Source of the DNA: an uncultured Bacteroidaceae bacterium
GTDB lineage: Bacteria; Bacteroidota; Bacteroidia; Bacteroidales; Bacteroidaceae
Assembly (NCBI GenBank): GCA_934394435.1
Contig: CAKRRN010000008.1
Span: forward strand, 4,290-68,289
Direction of reading: 5' to 3'
Length of the DNA: 64,000 bases
Made by a program: the position numbers and the translations under genes. The notes beneath the pieces are model-generated. The model made no database searches. It saw only the letters and a list, made by a program, of their open reading frames with translations, and was not told where the DNA came from. The stretch's first letter is position 1. Each line of letters starts with the position of its first letter. This document shows, piece after piece, positions 28,201 through 36,960 of the stretch.

Positions 28201-28814
28201 AAGAAGTCGACGCGATAGGGATATTCGCAGGAATAAGAATAGACATCGAGCAGGCTGCCTCGCAGGGAGAATTGTCCAGGCTCGTAGACATAGTCGGTAC
28301 GCTGAAAGCCAAGCTCGAGGAGTGTCTGCTGCACCTGCATAATATCAAGATGCTGATGAAGGGAAATCTCTAAAGTGTGTCGCTTGAGCTGCGTGCTGTC
28401 CTCCACCCTCTCAGCCATGGCCTGTGGACTGGCAACAAGAAAGAGGGGTCTGCCAGGCGAAAGGAGTCTGCTGAGCGCCTGCGTACGCAGGATGATATTG
28501 GCAGAATCGCGCTGTCCGTATTTGACAGCTCGCTTGAAACTGGAGGGGAAGAGCAGCACATACTCATCACCAAGTAGCTGTGTCAGGTCTTGATAGAAAT
28601 AGGCAGCCTCTTCCTCATCGGGCAGAATGAAGAGCAAGGGTGCGCCCAGGAGCTGGGGCGAGCGTGTGGCAAGTGCCGCAAAAAAGAGTGCAGAGGAGCT
28701 GCCCTGCAGTCCAGACAAACGTATGTGGCGGAATTTTCCGTCCTGTATGACGTGCGCAAAGCGTTGTATGAGCGGATGGCGTGCGTAGATTTCCAGCAGT
28801 TTCTGTATTTCCAT
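25287..28814 (-). CDS. mfd: Transcription-repair coupling factor
   Basis: 1175 aa from MEIQKLLEIY. Contains the CarD/TRCF block IGDYVVHIDHGIGRF, helicase motifs GDVGFGKTE, LIVDEEQKFG and LTATPIPRT, and HQMRGRVGR. Confidence 0.95.
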   Translation of the reverse strand: MEIQKLLEIYARHPLIQRFAHVIQDGKFRHIRLSGLQGSSSALFFAALATRSPQLLGAPLLFILPDEEEAAYFYQDLTQLLGDEYVLLFPSSFKRAVKYGQRDSANIILRTQALSRLLSPGRPLFLVASPQAMAERVEDSTQLKRHTLEISLHQHLDIMQVQQTLLELGFQRTDYVYEPGQFSLRGSLLDVYSYSCEYPYRVDFFGDEVDSIRLFDVQDQLSVSRLTQASIIPSSAAGEGDYALQSFLSFLPSDTLLVGCDTAYVADLVGQIWDEGFTSQAIVSQQTEEYPADTLDALPGKAAAGSRTDLPTPDTAGMLAGLPLEKRTLLVSPNEFRQQLQAFRSVTLGPHTVSSAESATEDTLTLEAHTLAQPVFHKNFDLIFRCFQDYIGQGYTLYVLSDAESQTKRLEAIFSDRQSDLRFTPIDHTLHAGFIDSDLRICCFTDHQIFDRFHRYTLRSDRTRNGKLALTLKELQQFQIGDYVVHIDHGIGRFGGLVRIPNGDTWQEVIKIIYKNDDVVFVSIHALHKVSKYRAKEGEPPRLSALGTGAWERMKQRTKSHIKDIARDLIRLYSQRQHEKGFAFSPDGYLQHELEASFLYEDTPDQQKATREVKADMQKAQPMDRLICGDVGFGKTEIAVRAAFKACADGKQVALLVPTTILAYQHFHTFSTRLKDMPVRVEYLSRARSAAQTKTILEDLRQGRIDILIGTQKLLGKTVRFKDLGLLIVDEEQKFGVSTKEKLRQMKTNVDTLTLTATPIPRTLQFSLMGARDLSVIQTPPPNRRPIQTMLCTFSAQIITQAIEFEMSRGGQVLFVTPRISQIPDLQALILRCVPDARVAVGHGRMPSEELEQVMLSFANYDYDVLLSTTIVESGLDIPNANTIIINGAQCFGLSDLHQMRGRVGRAARKAFCYLMAPPLALLPQDARRRLQAIENFSALGSGIQIAMQDLDIRGAGNLLGAEQSGFIADLGYEAYQKILSQAVSELKREEFQTQTEQQQETSAEDCVLQPDECIVESDLPMSFSEAYVPTSAERMLLYRELDSLQTDAQVNDFRRRLQDRFGPIPAEADELIRVVSLRSLACHFGAERIVLKKARMRLFFVSNEHTTFFQSQAFGQIIAFATTNIHLCRLQEENGHRSLLLTNVPSVKAALDILHQISLCTSPDASASSSSSAN

Positions 28815-29148
28815 TTTTCTTCTTCCTCTCTCTTCTCTGTTTTGTATACTTTTATAGTAATTCTCACACTTCCAGTTGCTTCCGTATGACGGAGGCTTCC
28901 TTACTACTCTATCTCCCTTCACTCATATACACACACGTTCCCCCCCTCAAAGAAGCGTTTCCTACGCAGCTCGAAGTGACTCCCCACTCTCGCACACGCG
29001 CACGTACTCTTATATTATATAAATTATCCATTCGATGAGGAATAGACTCTATACTTCATCTCCCTCCCACACCTCGGTGCGAAAGAAAGACTACGGATGA
29101 AGGGAGGAGTAGACTACGGAAAAGGCAATACTTTTTTTTCTCTACAGG

Positions 29149-31404
29149 CTACAGACTTTCGAGAAAAGCTTCTGCCTGCCAAAGCGTATCGGCTTTGCCC
29201 ACATCCATCAGTTTCAGTCCTGGTTGCACGTATCCGTGGATGTCCACCCTATCACAAATCTTCAAATAGAAATCGATGATACTGAACTTCAGAGGCCACT
29301 CGTTGAAATATTCAAACAAAGAGGGTTTCATGTAATGAATGCCTGCAAAAGCGAGCTTTCGGCATTGGCTTACGTCAAGGTCTGGATAGGGAGAGCGCAC
29401 CTGCCCCGTGGCTATGTTGGTCCAGCCCACTAGGCGCATATCGTCGGAGAAGAGCAGATAACGCTGGGTGGAGCGTTCGGACACGAGCAAAGTGGCAGGG
29501 TAAGAGACAGCAAACTGGACGAACTGATGTAGATCGACATTGCTCAAGATATCTACATTATGGATGAGAAATCCGTCTTGTGCGCTACTCAAGAAGGGTA
29601 CGGCGTGTTTGATGCCTCCTCCCGTATCGAGAAGCTCAGAGCGTTCGTCGGAGAAGCGTATGCCCATGTCCTGCGGATTCTGTTTTACCCATTGCTCTAT
29701 CATGTCGGCAAAATGGTGTACGTTGATGACCACGTCTCTGCAGCCGAAGTCGCGCAACTTCTCCAACTGATGCTGCAAGAGCGGTTTTCCAGCCACGGGC
29801 ACAAGTGCCTTAGGCATGTGGTCAGTGAGGGGTTTGAGCCTTGTGCCAAGCCCTGCCGCGAATATCATGGCACGCACGGGAGGGAAGGTTTGCTGTATGT
29901 GCTGCTCACGGTGCTGTACGTGCACCTCTACTCCAAATTTTTGATGGATGTGCTCAGCCAGATGCTGTGCGCTATAGACACTTCGGTGCTGTCCGCCCGT
30001 ACAACCGAAGGAGAACATCAGACTGGTGAACCCTCTCTGTATGTATCTGAGCACGTGTGCGTCTGCCAGCTTGTATACGCTGTCGAGAAAGGTAAGTATC
30101 TCTCCATCATCTTCCAGAAAGCGAATGACGGGTTCGTCGAGTCCAGTCAGATTCTTATATGGTTCGTAGCGCCCAGGGTTGTGCGTGCTTCGACAATCGA
30201 AGACGTAGCCTCCTCCGTTTCCGCTGGGATCCTCAGGGATGCCTTTTCTAAACGAGAAGCTCCATACACGTACCACCAACGGTCCCTTGCCATCATACTT
30301 GCTGAAGGTGGCAAGCCCGTCTTGTGGGTGTGTGTTGTAGGGAGTGAAAGAGGTGGTTCGATATCCGTCCGCTCTTGGTGCGGGCTTTTCGTCGTGTGGC
30401 TGGAATTGTGGGAGTGCCACCAGACGTGTGAGCACTTCGTTCAGATAAGGGTACGGACAGCCACCCTGTTCGAGTAGTTGCTGCAGACTGCGCATGGCAG
30501 GCGGTATGCTCTTGAGGAAATGACTCTTGCGCTCAAAATATCCGCGAAAGCCATAAGCACCCAAGACCTGTAAGAGACGGAAAAGCACGCAGAGACGCAG
30601 TCCACGATGAAATTCCTGGTCGTTGACCTCGATGTATAATTTCAGATGCTCCAGATAGACGGCAATCAGTTCCTGACGCAGGCTGTCGGGATAACAAGCG
30701 GACGCCTGCCACAGGAAGCTTGCAACATCGTATTGCACAGGTCCTCTTCTGCCCCCTTGGAAATCGATGAAATAGGGATTTTCTTGAGCATCGAGCATAA
30801 CGTTTCGCGCCTGAAAATCACGATACATGAAGGCGTCTGACTGAAGGGCGACAATATCCTTAACAAAGAGTTGAAAGGAGGCTTCAAGCTTCAGCTCATG
30901 GAAGTCGAGCCCTGTGGCTTTGAGAAAGCAGTATTTGAAGTAGTTGAGGTCGAAGAGCACATTGGTGGCATCCAAAGCCTCCTGCGGATAGCATTGTTTG
31001 AAATCAAGCCCTCTTGCCCCACGTATCTGTATGGAGGGCAGCAGTGCCATGGTGCGACGCAGCAGTTCGCGTTCGTGCTGGTTGTATCTGCCATGTGCCT
31101 CACGTCCGCCCTGCAAGGCTTGGAAAAGAGTATTGTCACCCAAGTCAGTCTGCAAATAGCGCAGGCCATCGGAACTGCAGGCAAGTACTTTGGGAACGGG
31201 TAGGCGACGCAGATTGAAATGCTGTGCCAGATAGCAAAAAGCATGGTTCTCATCCCGACTGGTTCCCACAACGCCTACCACGCTGCTTCCATCCTCCGCA
31301 CACAAGCGGAAATACTGACGGTTGCTACCAGCGCCTGGCAGAGGGTTGCATGAGCAAGCATCATGGCCAGAGTATTCTTTATATAATTGAAGTAGTTGTT
31401 CCAT
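29149..31404 (-). CDS. Triple fusion: AmgK-like sugar kinase / RapZ C-terminal-like domain / MurU-like sugar-1-P nucleotidyltransferase
   Basis: N-terminal GSNRQYFRL, YRDFQARNVML and FIDFQGGRRGPVQYDVASFL (APH/AmgK pattern). Middle WSFSFRKGIPED...YVFDCRSTHNP...FGCTGGQHRSV (RapZ C-domain pattern). C-terminal MIFAAGLGTRLKPLTDHMPKALVPVAGKPLL (NTP-transferase). Confidence 0.75.
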   Translation of the reverse strand: MEQLLQLYKEYSGHDACSCNPLPGAGSNRQYFRLCAEDGSSVVGVVGTSRDENHAFCYLAQHFNLRRLPVPKVLACSSDGLRYLQTDLGDNTLFQALQGGREAHGRYNQHERELLRRTMALLPSIQIRGARGLDFKQCYPQEALDATNVLFDLNYFKYCFLKATGLDFHELKLEASFQLFVKDIVALQSDAFMYRDFQARNVMLDAQENPYFIDFQGGRRGPVQYDVASFLWQASACYPDSLRQELIAVYLEHLKLYIEVNDQEFHRGLRLCVLFRLLQVLGAYGFRGYFERKSHFLKSIPPAMRSLQQLLEQGGCPYPYLNEVLTRLVALPQFQPHDEKPAPRADGYRTTSFTPYNTHPQDGLATFSKYDGKGPLVVRVWSFSFRKGIPEDPSGNGGGYVFDCRSTHNPGRYEPYKNLTGLDEPVIRFLEDDGEILTFLDSVYKLADAHVLRYIQRGFTSLMFSFGCTGGQHRSVYSAQHLAEHIHQKFGVEVHVQHREQHIQQTFPPVRAMIFAAGLGTRLKPLTDHMPKALVPVAGKPLLQHQLEKLRDFGCRDVVINVHHFADMIEQWVKQNPQDMGIRFSDERSELLDTGGGIKHAVPFLSSAQDGFLIHNVDILSNVDLHQFVQFAVSYPATLLVSERSTQRYLLFSDDMRLVGWTNIATGQVRSPYPDLDVSQCRKLAFAGIHYMKPSLFEYFNEWPLKFSIIDFYLKICDRVDIHGYVQPGLKLMDVGKADTLWQAEAFLESL

Positions 31405-31455
31405 AGCAGATATTTACATATACATATTTTTTTATGTGTGTGTGATTCTCCTTTA

Positions 31456-32658
31456 TCAGACAGTCCGCTTCCAGATACGTATCACCCTTTGCCTTACAGC
31501 CAAAATGTTCAGCAGAGCCACCACAAAGAGCAAGATGAGTCCCGCAGAAAAGGCTCCAGCAAGACCAGCATCCTGCATGGTGGGAAACATCATCCACAGG
31601 CGTTCCATATACAAATGCCTGATGCCACAGAGCAGAAGCAAAGCGATAATCAACACTGCCACATTGATAGCCAGCGTGAGAATCTGATAAGGACGTGCCA
31701 CAGCAGACGGACTGTAACCGATGAGCATAAGATTGCGCAGCTTCTCGGTATTCTTCTGTACGAGCAGATAGATGCTCAACATCAGTATATAGAGCGAGAG
31801 CAGACATATGAGCAACCCGATACCCATCACAACTCCAGAAGCCACCTTGAGGAAATAAGTTGCCTTGCCGCTTTCGGCTTTGTCATCGCTGAGCTCGTAG
31901 GCATGCTGGTCCATATAGCTGACAATGGCATCGTCGGCAGGATTATCCACCTCTACAATCAGACGCGTGGGCGCAGGCTCAGCATCAGGTGCAAAACGCG
32001 CGTTGCTCCAGGAGATGAAATCCTGGGGAACGAGAATGGTATTCAACCGTGAACTGAAGCCGACAACCTTAGCCTTATACTCCTCTCTCCTACCGTTTCC
32101 GCTTAGGGTTACGGTCATATCTACAAGACCAGCCACTCCCTCGGATATCTTGGGCAACTGTTGACTTTGCGCGAATCCAAAATTGTAGATGGCGAGGTAG
32201 GTGCGAGGCAAGATAATGGGAACAAGAGGCTGTTCGGGATTGAAAGACCAACGGCTGAGATGAGCATCGACATACTGGTCGGGAACACTCTCGAAGAACA
32301 TGTCGGTGGAGAAACTGGCCATACCGTCAATTCCCATCCTGCACTGGACACTATAGTGGCTGGCTGTGAACGCTCCCACCGAACGGCAGAAGGGTTGCTT
32401 TCGCAGCTGTTCGATTTCCTGCTTGTCGAATGCCTGTGTGTCACTTCCTCCCAAGGCGGAGGCGGCAGACACATGCTTGCTGACAATCAGATAGTCGGGT
32501 TTGAGGATGCCATCCTGCCCATTCAAGAGGGGTTTCACATCCACGTAGAACTGCAATCCAAGCAGGAGAATAAGCACACCCAGAAGATTAGCAGCAAAGA
32601 ACCCACCAAACTGCAAGGGGCTTATATGACGACGAAGCAACTTCCAGACAAGACTCAT
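31456..32658 (-). CDS. FtsX-like ABC transporter permease
   Basis: 400 aa with an N-terminal TM, a large extracytoplasmic domain and a C-terminal 3-TM bundle. The start overlaps the ATPase stop (ATGA). Confidence 0.7.
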   Translation of the reverse strand: MSLVWKLLRRHISPLQFGGFFAANLLGVLILLLGLQFYVDVKPLLNGQDGILKPDYLIVSKHVSAASALGGSDTQAFDKQEIEQLRKQPFCRSVGAFTASHYSVQCRMGIDGMASFSTDMFFESVPDQYVDAHLSRWSFNPEQPLVPIILPRTYLAIYNFGFAQSQQLPKISEGVAGLVDMTVTLSGNGRREEYKAKVVGFSSRLNTILVPQDFISWSNARFAPDAEPAPTRLIVEVDNPADDAIVSYMDQHAYELSDDKAESGKATYFLKVASGVVMGIGLLICLLSLYILMLSIYLLVQKNTEKLRNLMLIGYSPSAVARPYQILTLAINVAVLIIALLLLCGIRHLYMERLWMMFPTMQDAGLAGAFSAGLILLFVVALLNILAVRQRVIRIWKRTV

Positions 32659-33299
32659 AATCTGAAGATTTTTGAATAAGGTAAATCCATATGTTTTCCA
32701 ACGCTGGTGACGACAAGACCTGCGCCCTGGCTACGCGCCTCGGAGAGCATCACCTCAGCCATGGTACGACTGTTGGCATCATCAAGGTGGCTTATAGGTT
32801 CGTCTGCCAACAGGAAGCTAAAAGGCTGCACAAGCGCACGTATCATGGCCACACGCTGCTGCTGTCCGAAACTCATACGTCCCACCAACTCATTGCGCTT
32901 ATCGGCAATACCGAAGGCCTCGAACCACTCGTCCACCTGCTTAGGAGCGCGCCAATGTGTGAGGTTGTTTTTAATCTGCACATTCTCAAGTGCCGTCAAT
33001 TCGGGAAAGAGCCTCAGCTCTTGAAACAGATGACTCAAAGCCGTGCGCCGAACCTCTACCCATTGAGCTACAGAAAGGCTTCGGATATCGGTATTGTCGA
33101 ACAGGATACGTCCCTCATAGTCGTTGCGATAACCAATCAGATAACTGCAGAGACTGGTCTTGCCCGTCCCGCTGGCCGCTTCTATGAGGTAGACACCACC
33201 TCGCTCCAGCGTAAGAGACTTTTGCCAGACATCGCTTTCGCTCATGTTTCTACCGTGAAAGATATTTGGCAAAGCCTTATCAAGAATTATTTTATCCAT
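32655..33299 (-). CDS. ABC transporter ATP-binding protein
   Basis: Walker A ASGTGKTSL, signature-like MSFGQQQR and Walker B LLADEPISHLD. Confidence 0.85.
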   Translation of the reverse strand: MDKIILDKALPNIFHGRNMSESDVWQKSLTLERGGVYLIEAASGTGKTSLCSYLIGYRNDYEGRILFDNTDIRSLSVAQWVEVRRTALSHLFQELRLFPELTALENVQIKNNLTHWRAPKQVDEWFEAFGIADKRNELVGRMSFGQQQRVAMIRALVQPFSFLLADEPISHLDDANSRTMAEVMLSEARSQGAGLVVTSVGKHMDLPYSKIFRL

Positions 33300-33333
33300 T
33301 TTATTTTTCTTGCTTTCCGTTTACAGATGCCCT

Positions 33334-34704
33334 TCAGTCTTTTTCGTCAGACAGCTTTGCTGCTGTCCGCCTCACGCGCAGAGTTAGAGTATCAAATTGT
33401 TTTAATGATTCCATCACAGCTGAGAACTGTTTGTCCATCAGAAGGAAGAGAAATCCTGCGTTGTCAGCCAAGGCTGGCAGTGAGACTTGTGCATAGAGGA
33501 CAGCCCCTTCTGCATCGTCCACAATATTGTCGGGGTTACGTTCTGCCTCCCGACAGGCATCCAGAAACGTGTGTCTGTCTGTAGATGCAACCAAGATACC
33601 TTGACTAACTCCAAAGCAGAAGGTCTGTCCCAAAGCACTCAGGCTAAAGCAACTGTCTGACAAGGAGGTCAGATTCATGCCTAACCCTTGAGCAAAACCC
33701 TGTCCCCAATCGCTGCTGTTCTGCAAGAAACGTGTGTCAGAAAGTTGCGCCTTGAGCAAAGAGCCAGAGAGTGCATCGCCCGTACGTGGAATACCTAATG
33801 TGAGAGCTCCCCTAAGAGAACGTATCATCATGTCGGCATCAATGCACATATTGAGGGCAAGGAGCTGCGTCCGCAGACGCGGCAACTTGCGCAAGTTCTT
33901 GAGCAAGAGTTCTCCGTCTACTCCTACAGAAAGACTGGCCAAAAGGTCTGGACTGAGCTTAGCTACAGCATTTCTCCCCAATGGCAGCAAGAAGGAAGTG
34001 CTTGCTTCGGCATTAGGGCAAACGAGTTCGGCATCAAGAAGCAGAGTCTTGCCTTGTGGTTTCAGATTCACAAACACATCTCCATCCCACAGTCCGCTAC
34101 ACGCATCTGCCATTTCTGGTACAAAACGCGTCATCAGGTGACGCGCCAGAGTTGCAGAAAAAGCCACACTCAGAGGTGCATCATTGTCCTGCCCCATCTG
34201 TTGCAGCAGTCGATTTTCTGCTTTTTCATTTTGGCGCATTAGCCCAGCCATTTTCCCACGTGTGCGGTCCATTTCTTGTTCGGAAAGCGGTCCGTATGCC
34301 AGACAACGATCATCAGAGAAGGCCAGAAGCCAGTTGCTCCATCGAGTCCAATACATTCCTCGCTGACTCTCTATGGAAAGTCCTCTCTCACGTAGCAAAG
34401 ACTCCCATCTCTTGCGACTGGCAAGAGGGAGAAGCACACCTGTGGCATTTTCTCCATCGACAAAGGCAAATATTTGTTTCTCCAAATCCAATCCGCTATT
34501 CTCCAGAAAAGCCTGTTGCTCTGCAGAGGGCACAAACACATGTTCCTGGCCTAGCTTCCGTACATCTAACACAGTAACAGCCTGCATCTGTTTGGGCAGG
34601 GAACTCATATATGTATTTTTCCTGTGCAGAAAGAAGATTACGGCTGAGGCGGCAAGCAGAAGTCCCAGCACTCCCAACGAAATGTATCGTACCTTATGAG
34701 TCAT
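33334..34704 (-). CDS. Membrane-anchored hypothetical protein (456 aa)
   Basis: Single N-terminal TM (ISLGVLGLLLAASAVIFFL). No recognised motif. It is the first gene of the co-directional block 34704->29149. Confidence 0.6.
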   Translation of the reverse strand: MTHKVRYISLGVLGLLLAASAVIFFLHRKNTYMSSLPKQMQAVTVLDVRKLGQEHVFVPSAEQQAFLENSGLDLEKQIFAFVDGENATGVLLPLASRKRWESLLRERGLSIESQRGMYWTRWSNWLLAFSDDRCLAYGPLSEQEMDRTRGKMAGLMRQNEKAENRLLQQMGQDNDAPLSVAFSATLARHLMTRFVPEMADACSGLWDGDVFVNLKPQGKTLLLDAELVCPNAEASTSFLLPLGRNAVAKLSPDLLASLSVGVDGELLLKNLRKLPRLRTQLLALNMCIDADMMIRSLRGALTLGIPRTGDALSGSLLKAQLSDTRFLQNSSDWGQGFAQGLGMNLTSLSDSCFSLSALGQTFCFGVSQGILVASTDRHTFLDACREAERNPDNIVDDAEGAVLYAQVSLPALADNAGFLFLLMDKQFSAVMESLKQFDTLTLRVRRTAAKLSDEKD

Positions 34705-34809
34705 AAGCCTTGTTTTTTATTACATATATTATGTGTGCGTGTATGAGAGAGGATAAGTTTCTTTTAGAGTACTGTCCTCTGATCCTCTTTTCCCAAGAAA
34801 GACCTTAGC

Positions 34810-35547
34810 TCAGAAGGGCAACTGATGCGAAAGTTGCATCATATGTACCGCCACCAGAGCCGCTGTCTCAGTACGCAGCCGGCTCTTGCCCAACGTGACA
34901 CTCCTCCAACCCAAACGCTCGGCCTGACGCACCTCTTCGATACTAAAATCTCCCTCTGGACCTACGAGAACGGTTACATCTGAGCCTGACTGGAGAAGGT
35001 CAAACAAAGGAAGGATAACGCTTTCTTGACTGATGTCGTGAGGATCGTAACAATGACAGATGAAGCGTTCGCTTGTCTGATTCGCACGCATGAAACTGTC
35101 CAAACCCTGCATAGGGTTAACCTTCGGCATCCACGCCTTGTGGCTCTGCTTTACGGCAGATATCACGATACGCTCTATGCGTTCTGTCTTCAACTGATGA
35201 CGTTCGCTATACTGACAGTCAACAAAGGAAAACTCATCCACACCAATCTCCGTGGCTTTCTCGACCATCCATTCCACCCGTTCGCTCATCTTGGTTGGTG
35301 CCATGGCTATGTGCAGATGTCCTGTCCAAGCACGTTGCTGAGGCATACTCTCGATGATTCTGTAGAGGCAACGATGACCTGTTTGTGCGGAAATCTCTGC
35401 ACGGAGAAACATACCGTCACCATCCATCAGATTGATTTCGTCGCCTACGCCCAACCTAAGCACTCTCAGCGCATGCTTGGCCTCATCGGCAGGAAGCTCA
35501 CACTCATGCAAGGCGTCTGGCACATAGAAAAATCGTGTTTCCTTCAT
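34810..35547 (-). CDS. rsmE: 16S rRNA (uracil1498-N3)-methyltransferase
   Basis: 245 aa. N-terminus RFFYVP...DEAKHALRVLRLGVGDEINLMDGDG and C-terminal LVGPEGDFS...LGKSRLRTETA, which is the RsmE pattern. Confidence 0.85.
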   Translation of the reverse strand: MKETRFFYVPDALHECELPADEAKHALRVLRLGVGDEINLMDGDGMFLRAEISAQTGHRCLYRIIESMPQQRAWTGHLHIAMAPTKMSERVEWMVEKATEIGVDEFSFVDCQYSERHQLKTERIERIVISAVKQSHKAWMPKVNPMQGLDSFMRANQTSERFICHCYDPHDISQESVILPLFDLLQSGSDVTVLVGPEGDFSIEEVRQAERLGWRSVTLGKSRLRTETAALVAVHMMQLSHQLPF

Positions 35548-35637
35548 TTATATGTAGTTTTATTCTCTCTCTGGGATGACTTTTTTTTACATAGTCTTTT
35601 ACCCTTCCTCTGAATGACTCTTTTTATATATGTGGCT

Positions 35638-36909
35638 TTATTTTCCTTCTGGCTGATGCTTATAGCGGAATAAAAGGGCAAAAGCAATAGCCACCAACAA
35701 TGAATATGCTGCAAAAATATACCAGCACGTATTCCATCCATGCCAAACCGCCATGGAACCTGCCTGGGCAGGAAGATTGAACACATAATGGTTTACAACC
35801 ACCTGAGCACACAACGTGCCGATAGTTGCGCCAAATCCGTTGGTCATCATCATGAAAAGCCCCTGGGCAGAGTTTCTAATACTGAGGTCCGTCTCCTTGT
35901 CTACGAAGAGAGAACCGCTGATATTAAAGAAGTCAAAAGCCACGCCATAGACAATCATACTCAACACGAACCATACTACTCCACTTCCTGGATTTCCGAC
36001 AGCAAAGAACAGATAGCGAAGTACCCATGCAAGCATGGCCACAAGCATGACACGCTTGATTCCAAAACGCTTCAGGAAGAAGGGAATCAGCAGGATGCAA
36101 AGTGTCTCGCTTATTTGGCTCAGTGAAATCAGGATGTTGGCATGCTGCACCCCAAAAGTATCCTTGAACTCTTCTATATTGCCAAACGACGTGATAAAGG
36201 GATTGGCAAATCCATTGGTAATCTGCAAACAAACGCCCAAAAACATGGAAAAAATAAAGAAGAGTGCCATACGGTACGAACGGAAGAGCAGAAAGGCTTT
36301 TAACCCCAAAGCATCGACAAGGCTCTTATGCTCGCCCTTGCTCGTACGGCAAGGGGGCATCGTCAGAGCATAGACTGCCATAAGTATGCTGAGCAGACCG
36401 CTCCAACCAAACTGCAAGGGAGTAGACTGCATTCCGCCCAAATCCACAATCCACATACTTATGATAAAACCAACCGTTCCAAACACGCGAATGGGGGGAA
36501 AGGATTTTACCGTATCTAATCCAGCCTGATCAAGTGCGCTGTACGCCACGCTGTTAGAAAGCGCAATAGTGGGCATGAAGAATGCCACGCTGAGCGTATA
36601 GAGTGTAAACAAGGGGGCGAATTGTACTGTATCGGCTGACTGCCAACCGTATACACATGCAGCAAGCATAAAGATTCCCGCCATCAGATGGCAAAGCGAA
36701 AGCAGACGTTGTGCCTGCATCCAGCGATCTGCCACAATACCCATAAGTGCAGGCATACACAAGGAGACAAACCCCTGTACACTGTAGAACCACCCTATCT
36801 GTCCTGCCATTCCTACATTGGCCAGATAGGTACCCATAGATGTCAGGTAAGCACCCCAGACGGCAAATTCCATGAAGTTCAAAGCCGTCAGTCTGATTTT
36901 CATATTCAT
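35638..36909 (-). CDS. Nucleoside:H+ symporter family (NupG-like MFS) permease
   Basis: 423 aa, 12 TM-like. N-terminus IRLTALNFMEFAVWGAYLTSMGTYL is typical of the Nuc_H_symport family. Confidence 0.8.
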   Translation of the reverse strand: MNMKIRLTALNFMEFAVWGAYLTSMGTYLANVGMAGQIGWFYSVQGFVSLCMPALMGIVADRWMQAQRLLSLCHLMAGIFMLAACVYGWQSADTVQFAPLFTLYTLSVAFFMPTIALSNSVAYSALDQAGLDTVKSFPPIRVFGTVGFIISMWIVDLGGMQSTPLQFGWSGLLSILMAVYALTMPPCRTSKGEHKSLVDALGLKAFLLFRSYRMALFFIFSMFLGVCLQITNGFANPFITSFGNIEEFKDTFGVQHANILISLSQISETLCILLIPFFLKRFGIKRVMLVAMLAWVLRYLFFAVGNPGSGVVWFVLSMIVYGVAFDFFNISGSLFVDKETDLSIRNSAQGLFMMMTNGFGATIGTLCAQVVVNHYVFNLPAQAGSMAVWHGWNTCWYIFAAYSLLVAIAFALLFRYKHQPEGK

Positions 36910-36960
36910 AACGCGTAATTTTGTCAGTTTGTTTTCTTTGGCTTATACACAATGATACAA

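Noticed and set aside
29060-29125. CTTCATCTCCCTCC ... GATGAAGGGAGGAG and a duplicated AGACTACGGA between mfd and the kinase-fusion gene.
   Set aside because: The two halves are complementary, but in an order that does not form a simple hairpin. It is short and unsupported by any other signal.
29560-30477. 305-aa plus-strand ORF antisense to the kinase/RapZ-C/MurU fusion gene.
   Set aside because: It has no recognisable domain and is embedded in a strongly supported gene. This is a shadow ORF.
32691-33584. 297-aa plus-strand ORF spanning the ABC ATPase gene and the 3' end of the next gene.
   Set aside because: It is antisense to two well-supported genes and has no motif.
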